This document shows positions 29,385 through 38,100 of a stretch of 64,000 nucleotides of DNA, piece by piece. The stretch comes from Patescibacteria group bacterium. Lineage in GTDB: Bacteria; Patescibacteriota; Patescibacteriia; JAZDEU01. Under the pieces are notes generated by a model. That model searched no databases and was not told the DNA's origin. It was given only the letters and a program-made list of their open reading frames with translations. The stretch covers positions 539 to 64,538 of the forward strand of contig JBHPIX010000001.1 of NCBI GenBank assembly GCA_042568285.1, in the 5' to 3' direction. Each line of letters begins with the position of its first letter. Position 1 is the first letter of the stretch. Position numbers and translations under genes: made by a program.

Positions 29385-31031
29385 AGACAAAATGACAATA
29401 AAATTAAATACTTCCTTTATGCTCGCAAATCTTCTGAAAGCGAAGACAGACAAATTCAATCTATCAAAGACCAAATTGATCGTTTAAATGATTTGGCGAA
29501 AGATTTGGATTTGGAAATAATAAAAACTTTTACAGAAGCGAAATCGGCTAAACAGCCAAACAATAGACCTATCTTTGACGATATGTTAAGCAGAATTGAA
29601 AAAGGAGATGCTGATGGGATATTGTGCTGGCAAATCAACCGCTTATCAAGAAATCCTGTTGATAGCGGTAAAATAAACTGGTTACTACAACAAGGAACTA
29701 TTAAAGCAATACAAACCATTGATAAACAATATCTCCCAGAAGATAATGTTTTGATGTTTAGCGTGGAAAGCGGAATGGCAAATCAGTTTATTTTGGATTT
29801 AAGAAAAAATACTATAAGAGGCTTGGAGAGCAAAATTCAAAAAGGTTGGTTTCCAAGCAGAGCTCCACAAGGTTATATAAATGATGTGATAGATAAAATT
29901 ATTATCAAAGACCCAGAAAGATTTAATTTAGTAAGAAAAATGTGGGATTTGATGTTGACTGGGAGTTATCAACCGCCCAAAATATTGGACATAGTTACTG
30001 ATGAATGGGGATATTTAACAAGGAAAACAAAAAGAGGCGGAGGCAAACCAATGTCAAAAAGTGAAATTTACAGAATATTTAATGACCCGTTTTATTATGG
30101 CTGTTTTAAATATAAAGACAAAATTTATAAAGGCAAGCATAATCCAATGATAACAGTTGATGAATATGAGAGGGTGCAGGAACTTTTAGGCAGAAAGGAT
30201 AAGCCAAAACAAAAGACCCACGAATTTGCTTTTACTGGGATTATTAGGTGCGGTAATTGCGGATGTTTAGTTACTGCCGAAGAAAAGAAAAAATTTATTA
30301 AAAGCACAAAAGAATATGCGACTTATACTTATTATCGTTGCACCAGAAGAAAAAGGGAAGTTAAATGCAAAGAGCCGACAATAAATTTAGATAATTTGCA
30401 AAATCAGATTATTAATGAAATTGATAAATATACTATTCCCCCAGAGTTTAGGGATTGGGCATTAGAGGTAATAAAAGGAAATAATGAAAAGGAAATAGAA
30501 ACTCGCAATCAAGCTTATGAAATGCTTAATAAAAAATATTTGGATTTACAAAAACAGTTAGATAATTTAACCAAATTGAGATTAAGAGATTTGATTAGTG
30601 ATGAGGAGTTTGTCAAAGAAAGAAAAGAATTGCAAAATCAAGTTATTAAAGTTAGAGAAAAATTAAATCAAAATCAAGATAGAGGGCAAAATTGGGTTGA
30701 TTTAATTGAAAGGGCTTTTAATTTTGCGACTTTGGCAAGAGAGAAATTTATAAACGGCGATTTACAGACTAAAAGAGAAATATTATCGGCATTAGGGCAA
30801 ACTTACACATTAAAGGGAGGTAAATTATACATTGAACCAATAGAATGGTTAGCTCCCATTTCTAACCTTGCTAAAATTGAACAAGATGAGGTTGTGAGGT
30901 TAGAACCAGCTAATTTTCGCTTAAATAAAGCAAAAAACAGGGCTTTAAACCCTGTAATTGCGAATTGGGGTGATAGATGGGATTTGAACCCACGACTTCC
31001 AGTACCACAAACTGGCGCTCTAACCAACTGA
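29385..31031 (+). CDS. large serine recombinase (resolvase/invertase catalytic domain + recombinase domain + zinc ribbon + coiled coil)
   Basis: YFLYARKSS catalytic Ser context, ...RLSRN, CGNCGC...CTRRK zinc ribbon; ORF has no stop until 31031, so the last ~22 codons are antisense to tRNA-His. Confidence 0.8.
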   Translation, partial: RQNDNKIKYFLYARKSSESEDRQIQSIKDQIDRLNDLAKDLDLEIIKTFTEAKSAKQPNNRPIFDDMLSRIEKGDADGILCWQINRLSRNPVDSGKINWLLQQGTIKAIQTIDKQYLPEDNVLMFSVESGMANQFILDLRKNTIRGLESKIQKGWFPSRAPQGYINDVIDKIIIKDPERFNLVRKMWDLMLTGSYQPPKILDIVTDEWGYLTRKTKRGGGKPMSKSEIYRIFNDPFYYGCFKYKDKIYKGKHNPMITVDEYERVQELLGRKDKPKQKTHEFAFTGIIRCGNCGCLVTAEEKKKFIKSTKEYATYTYYRCTRRKREVKCKEPTINLDNLQNQIINEIDKYTIPPEFRDWALEVIKGNNEKEIETRNQAYEMLNKKYLDLQKQLDNLTKLRLRDLISDEEFVKERKELQNQVIKVREKLNQNQDRGQNWVDLIERAFNFATLAREKFINGDLQTKREILSALGQTYTLKGGKLYIEPIEWLAPISNLAKIEQDEVVRLEPANFRLNKAKNRALNPVIANWGDRWDLNPRLPVPQTGALTN

Positions 31032-31043
31032 GCTACTATCACC
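30966..31043 (-). tRNA. tRNA-His (GTG) with extra 5' G and encoded CCA
   Basis: cloverleaf read by eye: GGTGATAG acceptor, anticodon loop TTGTGGT, T-arm GTGGGTTCAAATCCCAT. Confidence 0.8.
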
Positions 31044-31070
31044 ATAATTTAATTTTAGATTGTAAATAGT

Positions 31071-31141
31071 GTCTCCGGAGGGAATCGAACCCCCATAACC
31101 AGCTTAGAAGGCTGGTGTTCTATCCGTTGAACTACGGAGAC
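31071..31141 (-). tRNA. tRNA-Arg (TCT)
   Basis: GTCTCCG acceptor, anticodon loop CTTCTAA, T-arm GGGGGTTCGATTCCCTC. Confidence 0.8.
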
Positions 31142-31159
31142 ATATTATATAATAAATTT

Positions 31160-31323
31160 TATGGAATCGCCCGCTAATACAGCGGGCGCTCGCCGTGGTG
31201 GCGAGCGAACCCCCATAACCAGCTTAGAAGGTTTGCCTCTCCGTAGCTTTAGCGTAGGCGGGTTGGTGTTCTATCCTCCTTCGCTAAAGCTACGGCGGAC
31301 AAAGTCCGTTGAACTACGAGCGC
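31160..31323 (-). pseudogene. degenerate tRNA-Arg(TCT)-like sequence with three insertions (D-loop, anticodon stem, T-loop); 3' acceptor strand missing
   Basis: blocks GTAGTTCAACGGA, GGATAGAACACCA, CCTTCTAAGCTGGTTATGGGGGTTCG align to tRNA-Arg; inserts at 31236-31266 and 31281-31308 are mutually complementary over 14 nt. Confidence 0.45.
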
Positions 31324-31376
31324 ATTTTATAACTGTATATAAAACTTATCAGAAAAGATTGTGATTGTCAATTTAA

Positions 31377-34040
31377 TTAACTTCTCAACTTCTTTTCAGC
31401 CTCTTCAAATTTAATACTTAACAACCTTGAAATGCCGTCATCTCCCATTGAAACTCCGTATAATAATTTTGCTTTTTGCATAGTTGCCCTGTTATGAGTT
31501 ATAACAATAAATTGAGATTTATTGGATAATTCACCAATTATTTTAGCGAGATTATGTGAATTTGCTTCATCAAGAGCCGCGTCTACTTCATCCAAAACAA
31601 TAAATGGGGAAGGGTTATTTGAAATAATAGCGCAAAGTAGCGCGATCGCGGTAAGCGCTCTTTCACCTCCTGATAGCATATTTATACTGTTGATTTTTTT
31701 TCCAGGAGGCGCTGCTTGTATTTCAATGCCAAATACAACTTTTTGTTTGTAAATTTTTAATGGATTTTTTTCTTTTACATCATTATTTTCTGCGATTATA
31801 TTTTCTTCTGATTCTGATGTTTGTTGGTTTTCTTCAGTTTCTTTTTCATCTTCCGCAATTTTTATTAAATTAGATTTGCCACCACCGAATAGAAGACTAA
31901 AATATTTTTGAAATTCTTTATTTATGGCATTAAATGATTTTTCAAATTTATTTTTAATAGTTAAATCAAGTTCTTTAATAATTTTTTCAAGGGAAGTAAT
32001 CGCTTTGCTTAAGTCTGTTGTTTGTTCTGATAAAAAAGTAAACCTTTCTTTTGTCTCTGTATATTCAGTTTTTGTTTCAGGATCAATTCCTCCAATAAAT
32101 TCTAATTGTTCCTTTATTTTTTTAATTTGCGGAAGCAGGTTTTCAGGGTGTTCTATAAATTCAAAATTTTCGCTTGTAAGGTGAATTTCATCTTGTTTTA
32201 TTTCATACATTAAATCCTCTTTTTTTGTTGTGATTTTTGCCAGCTCAATTCTAATTGTATTAGTTTCTTCAGACAGCTTATTAAATTTCATTTGATGCTC
32301 CTGATATTGTTTTTGCAGTTCAAACAAGTTTTCTTTTTTTATTTCTTCTTTTATATTAAATTCGTTTATTGCATTTTTTAATTTATTGATTTTTTTGTCT
32401 AATTCTGAAATTTGATTTTCTATTTTTTGATTTTTCGCTTCTAATTCTTTTAATTTTTGTTGTTCATTAACTGGTTTTTCTTTAGCTTCGGAAATTTCAC
32501 GAAATAAATTTTTTTCTTCCGTTTCCATTTTTTGCAATGATTCTTTGAGAGTTTTCTCCCTTTCTTTTTTACCATTAATTTCTATTAGCAGTTTATTAAA
32601 CGAAGCAATAATGTTTTCTCTTTCTTGAATGGCGATTTTAACATTATCTTTGGCGATTAGAATTTTTTGGGCGTTTTGGTCATCTTTTGGGCATAATTCT
32701 TTTAGTATTTCGTTTAAATTTTTGTCTATTTGCTTCGCTTCTTTTATTATATTATTTAACTCTTCTATATCTTTGGCTGATTCTAATTTTTTTACTAAAT
32801 TTTGATAAGAATAATATATCAAAGAGATGCTTTTTTCTAATTCTTTATCGTTTATCTTTTTTACATTATTATTCGCCTGCAAGTTATCAAGGCATTCTTG
32901 CGCCTTTTGTTCATCTTTCGTCGCTTTTTCTTTTTTTTCGCTAATTTTTTTAATGTTTCTATCTAACCTTGAGATTATATCAGAAATTGATGATATGGAA
33001 TCTTCTATTTTTTCTTTTTCTTTTTTAATCTCGTCATATTTTTTTTCCAGCCAAATTAAATTTACTTTTCCAATTTTTTTATACTCTATTTCTTTATTTC
33101 CTTTTATAACAGCTTGTTGTCTTAATAGTAGATTTTTTTCATCAATTAAGATGTCATATTTATTTCTAAGAATATTAAATGCCTCTGATCGTGTTTCTTC
33201 CTCTTTTTGTTTTTGTATGGCTGTTTCTATTGCATGCAATTCTTTCTTTAACTCATTTTCTTGTTTAATTAGTATATCTAAGTCAGTTTGAACGGTTTCT
33301 TGATGAGAGTTTAATTGTTTTTTTATAGTTCCGTAATAATTTAGTTGTAATTTTCTTAGATTAGAAGTTAAGCTTTCTCGTTTTTCTAATTTTTTCATTT
33401 GCCTTGTAAGAGATTTTAGGCGAGGGTCAATTTCTTTAAGCAGAAGATCTGTTTGCGATAAATTATCATGAGCATTAATTAGTTTATTTAATGATTGATT
33501 TCTTTTAATTTGATATTCTTTAACTCCTGCGGCTTCATCAAAAAATTCTTTTCTTTCATTCGGAGGCGCAATGAGAAAATAGTCTATCATTCCTTGACCG
33601 ATAACGCTGTAAGTCCTTTGCCCAATTTGAGCTTTTGCTAAAAGCATTTGGATGTCTAACAGTCTAACTTTATTTTTATTAATTAAATATTCGCTTTCTC
33701 CATTTCTGTATAGTCGTCTTGTTAAAACAAGCTCAGAATAATCAATTGGCGCTTTGCCGCTTTCATTATTCAAATACAAAGAAACTTCGGCAAATCCAAG
33801 CCGAGTTTTTTTATCAGATCCAGCAAAAATAACATCTTCGCTTTTTTTCCCGCGTAGAGTTTTTAAGCTTTGTTCCCCGAGAACCCATCTTATTGCGTCT
33901 GCAATATTAGATTTGCCACTCCCATTAGGACCGACAATGGCTGTAATAGTATGCTCATCAGCTTTTTCTTTTGGGAATTGCAGGACAGTTTTTTCAGCAA
34001 ATGATTTGAATCCTTTTATTTCTATTTTCTGTAAATACAT
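31377..34040 (-). CDS. smc: SMC-family chromosome segregation ATPase (887 aa)
   Basis: N-terminal Walker A GPNGSGKSN, C-terminal signature LSGGERALTAIALL and Walker B FIVLDEVDAALD, long coiled coils. Confidence 0.85.
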   Translation of the reverse strand: MYLQKIEIKGFKSFAEKTVLQFPKEKADEHTITAIVGPNGSGKSNIADAIRWVLGEQSLKTLRGKKSEDVIFAGSDKKTRLGFAEVSLYLNNESGKAPIDYSELVLTRRLYRNGESEYLINKNKVRLLDIQMLLAKAQIGQRTYSVIGQGMIDYFLIAPPNERKEFFDEAAGVKEYQIKRNQSLNKLINAHDNLSQTDLLLKEIDPRLKSLTRQMKKLEKRESLTSNLRKLQLNYYGTIKKQLNSHQETVQTDLDILIKQENELKKELHAIETAIQKQKEEETRSEAFNILRNKYDILIDEKNLLLRQQAVIKGNKEIEYKKIGKVNLIWLEKKYDEIKKEKEKIEDSISSISDIISRLDRNIKKISEKKEKATKDEQKAQECLDNLQANNNVKKINDKELEKSISLIYYSYQNLVKKLESAKDIEELNNIIKEAKQIDKNLNEILKELCPKDDQNAQKILIAKDNVKIAIQERENIIASFNKLLIEINGKKEREKTLKESLQKMETEEKNLFREISEAKEKPVNEQQKLKELEAKNQKIENQISELDKKINKLKNAINEFNIKEEIKKENLFELQKQYQEHQMKFNKLSEETNTIRIELAKITTKKEDLMYEIKQDEIHLTSENFEFIEHPENLLPQIKKIKEQLEFIGGIDPETKTEYTETKERFTFLSEQTTDLSKAITSLEKIIKELDLTIKNKFEKSFNAINKEFQKYFSLLFGGGKSNLIKIAEDEKETEENQQTSESEENIIAENNDVKEKNPLKIYKQKVVFGIEIQAAPPGKKINSINMLSGGERALTAIALLCAIISNNPSPFIVLDEVDAALDEANSHNLAKIIGELSNKSQFIVITHNRATMQKAKLLYGVSMGDDGISRLLSIKFEEAEKKLRS

Positions 34041-34216
34041 AGTTATATTTTACAATATATAACTTTGTAAAGCAAGGATATTTTTTATTGCCAGTCCTCT
34101 TGACGGATTCTGCATAAAAGCATAAGATAAAGCCAACAAGAAAGGGGGGGATAGCTCATTAAAAATATTGTATAACAAAAATTTATTTAAAACATTTAAG
34201 CTTAAAGGAGAAAAAG

Positions 34217-34837
34217 ATGGCAATTGAAAGAGCTTTAATAAGCGTATCAGATAAAACAGGAATAGTGAAATTTGCAAAAGAGCTGATAGAGTTGACTGGA
34301 TGTGACATTATTTCAACAGGAGGGACAGCTGAAATTTTACTGGAGGATGGTATTCCAATAATTCCAATTAAAAATGTTTAAGGCAATCCAGAATCTTTTG
34401 GCGGAAGAATGAAAACTATTAGTTTTGAAGTTGAATCCGCTATTTTGTATAGACGCAACAATGAAATGGATGTTTCAGACGCTGATGCGTTAGGCATTAT
34501 GCCAATTGATATAGTTATATGCAATCTATATCCTTTTGAAAGAACTATCGCGCGTCCAGATTGCACATTTGAACAGGCAATTGAAAATATTGATATTGGC
34601 GGACCGACAATGTTGCGCGCCGCAGCTAAAAATTATCAGGATGTGGTTGTTGTTATAGATCCTTATGATTATTATACTATAATAAAAGAGTTGAGAGACC
34701 GAAAGGGAAGTATTTCCATTGAAACCAGAGAACAGTTAATGCTAAAAGTGTTTGCGCGAACAAAAAATTATGATACTGCGATTTATAATTATTTAAACCA
34801 ACAATATTTAAACCAAGAATTAGGGAATGCTTATTGA
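34217..34837 (+). pseudogene. purH: PurH N-terminal (IMP cyclohydrolase / MGS-like) domain gene interrupted by in-frame TAA at about 34379-34381
   Basis: [12 protein letters not shown]...STGGTA and GRMKTISFEV...IDIVICNLYPF...NIDIGGPTMLRAAAKN align across the stop to E. coli PurH residues 1-200. Confidence 0.5.
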
Positions 34838-34889
34838 TTCAAAATTGTGATATTATTTTCTCCACTAAAAAATTGTTCTGTCTAAACTA

Positions 34890-34927
34890 TAAAGCCCCAA
34901 GGCATTTATGCGATTGGGGCTTTTTTT
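34890..34927 (+). terminator. rho-independent terminator (aagccccaa...ttggggcttttttt)
   Basis: stem + T-run. Confidence 0.6.
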
Positions 34928-34948
34928 ATTTTTATTTTTGAATTTTAA

Positions 34949-34985
34949 AATCCCCCTGTCCCCCCTTATAAAGGGGGGAACTATC
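34949..34985. repeat. GC-rich hairpin element (aatccccctgtcccccc-ttataaa-ggggggaactatc)
   Basis: family member. Confidence 0.6.
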
Positions 34986-35020
34986 TAATAAATCCTGTGG
35001 CATAATTTTTTTCTGCTACT

Positions 35021-35095
35021 GGATCCCGTGTCAATCCCGCCGAATCGGCCTGCCTGCCGGTAGGCAAGGCAAGCACGGGATGACAATCCGTGTCC
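35021..35095. repeat. R-family repeat (ggatcccgtgtcaatcccgccgaatcggcctgcctgccggtaggcaaggcaagcacgggatgaca)
   Basis: same module as 43490-43556. Confidence 0.65.
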
Positions 35096-35114
35096 ATCCG
35101 TTTCTAATCTGTGT

Positions 35115-38100
35115 CTATCCGTCTTGAGCCCGTCTTTTCCAAACCAAGACTCCCAGCACGACAGCTAAAATCCCAACCGCTATAGATAAAACCCACTGTA
35201 ATATTTTTTTTATGCCGATAGCGCGATCAGCGTCTTTTTGTAAATTTTCTATTGTTTGCGCCAGTTTTATTTCAGGCACTTCCTCAACTGTTTCTTGCTC
35301 AGAAATTTCATCTACATTTAAAGAAATTTCAATATCCTCTTCGCCTTCCAAATCTACGCCGATAACTTCTGTCTCCCATTCGCCGTCTTCGGGATCTTCA
35401 ACAACCACAATTGCTCCCATGCCGTCCTGCATGGGCTCGCCTGAATATTTTTTTCCAGACGGACTTATTAAAGCAAACTCAATAACTGGTTTGTCTTCAG
35501 CCATCGCTGGCGAGATATTCCAGAGCCTATCAGACTCTCTAAAGTGCTTTTTGTCATTCCGCGCTTGATGTCCGCCTAGGCTCGACTCCGCCTCGGATCG
35601 CCGAGTGCGAGACGGGATAGTCGAGACTGGCGGAATCCAGTTAGTTAATCTGGATTGCAAAATTTCTGGATCCCGCGTCAAGCGCGGGATGACATTCCCA
35701 GAATACTCTGATAGTAACGCGGACCCAAACCTCATAACCCCAGTTAAAATTTGCCTGCCCCCGCTTCTAACCGCCTCCGCTGTTTGGCGCGCAGTTTCTT
35801 CTACTCTCTCACCAGTTTCAATAATGGTTTTAGCGGCTTCTTCCGCTATATTTTCAGCTGTTTCAACAGCTTGCTCTGTTTTTTCCTGAATTGCGTCCCG
35901 CATCGCTTCGCCAGTTTGACTTGTCGCCTGTACTACAAATTTTTTTGTTTTCTTAACTCCTCTAACGAGAGTGGTCTTTGTTGTATTTGCTACTTGCCTA
36001 AAAATATTCACCATTTCATTGGATATTCTATCAGCTTCTCTTGTAAATTCATAAGCTAAATTACCTCCTTTTACAATAGCATTATCAATAGAAGCTCCCA
36101 ACGGTCTCATTGACTGATAAACTGATTCCAGATCAATAATCTCTTGGGTTCCCGGAATACGGATTACTGAATGGCAATCACCGATAGTGGCTTCGCACCA
36201 ATCACTCGCGGTATTATGATAAATTGCGAACATCTTTCCTTCTGAATATATACCGAAAATCGCCTTGCCATAAAGTCCAGCGATATTAATGCCGTCAGTC
36301 GCTAATTTTAATTTGTCATTAATATCTCTGGCGAAATCGCTAACTTTTTCAAAAACATCGCCAAAAATAGTTTCCTTGCCTAATAAACTGGCGCCCCAAT
36401 CTACTGCCGCGCCAGCTAATCCAAGCTGATCCATTAGCTTGCCAAAATTTGTGGTAGTATCAATTAATTGGTTGCCCATATTTTTGCTTTTATCAAAAAT
36501 ATTGTCATTATTGTAAACAAAATTTTTCTCTGCTATTAATGCTTCTCTGATTTGATTAATTTTTGTTTGATATCCATAATAAGGAACATCGCTATTTGGC
36601 ACAGCTCCAACAAATTTATTTTGATGCCATATAGCAACTTGATAATCAACCATTTGGTTAGAAACAGCTTCTTTAAAATTCGTCATAAAAGCTAATTTAT
36701 ATAAATTTTTATATTTATGTTTTACAGTCTTTTCTAATTCATCCATATAGCGCTTCAAACTTCCCTGCGAGTTTTCAAACGCCCTGTCAGCTTCCATTTT
36801 AAAATCCGCGATTTGCGCGGAACTTTCTATTCCCAAACTATTCAATACAGATTCCAAACTATGTCCTTCCAACTGTCCTCCTACTAATTCAGTAGCGGCA
36901 GTTAATTTATCCGCGACACCTCTTAAATTTACATTAAGTTTTCCTGACAAGCTATTTAATCTTTGGTGCGCGACAATCTTCGCTTTAAACAATAAGAACG
37001 TTCTCATCAACTGCCATGTCGCTTCTCCAAGAACATCCGCCATTTCTGTTCCTGCCTCAATAGTCGCAACTCCTAATTTTTCTATGGCAATAGAACTTTT
37101 TAATAAAGCGATTGCTTTTACTTTATTGCCCCCGTCCTTTTCTTCTTCTACGGAAATCATTAAGGTTCTATGCATATCATGCGGGCTAAAATTACCTTCC
37201 AGTCCAGGCACATATTTTTTATCATTTAATGGCATTATACTTCCATAAATATTGCTATACTCATTAATATATTCAATTACATTTTCTTCCATCGCGCATT
37301 TTTTTTCCCAGCAAAAATCAGACTTGCATTGCGAACTTTCAGAACATGCGTCGCCATTATTAAACAATAAACATTCTCTTCTTGTTGTGGCGCAGTCAGG
37401 ACATGAACAATCTTCATTATCCTGGCATTCTCCATCACCGCACCAAGTGTATCCTAGGGGTCTGCATACAGACTCTACGCAATTATTTGATGCGCAGTCT
37501 TGTTGCTCGTCACAACTTTGTCCGTTTTCTTTTTTAACTTCTTCTTCCTCTCGCTCTTCTGCACCTTCTTCCACTTTTAATTCATCTTCTACTCCATTCT
37601 CATCGTTCCCCTCTTGAGAGGGGTCAGGGGTGTGTTCTGTTTCAGCAGAAACACTTACCCTTAATTTTACACCTATAGCTTCAATTGTAGTGTAATGATA
37701 GAATTTAACTGTATTAGATCCAGCTTGAAAAAACTTTGTGGCGTCAATCCATTTATTTAAACCGCTTGCTTCTGTCACATTTTTTCCAAGCGAAGCATCA
37801 TAAACTTGTCCGTTTGACGATGAATATGGAGAAAATTCCCAAACTGTTTTATCATTCACTTTTACATATCCATTTTTTCCCATATATTTTTTAACATAGT
37901 TAGAACTGTTCTTAGCATAATGGGTAATTTCTACTTTGGTAAACCGGCTCGGAAGATTAACTGTCCATATATGAGGCGCGCGCGAAGCTGGAATAACTCC
38001 TCCGTCTTTCATTTCTCCACTTGATCCAAATGACATAGAATTTATTGCTGTAAATTCATCATCCTCGCACTGTCCGCAATCTTTTACGCAATCAACGCAT

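Noticed and set aside
29385-31031. Trimming the recombinase CDS before the tRNA
   Set aside because: There is no stop codon in frame before 31031, so the overlap with tRNA-His is real at the sequence level; kept as called, with the overlap flagged.
31161-31364. 67-aa ORF MESPANTAGARRGGER...
   Set aside because: Lies entirely over the degenerate tRNA-like sequence; the Arg/Gly-rich translation is an artefact of GC-rich hairpins.
34379-34381. Alternative genetic code (stop-codon reassignment)
   Set aside because: Conserved genes (groEL, tyrS, thrS, smc, htrA) have no in-frame TGA or TAA, and prfB retains the UGA-dependent frameshift; a single TAA in purH is better explained as pseudogenisation or error.
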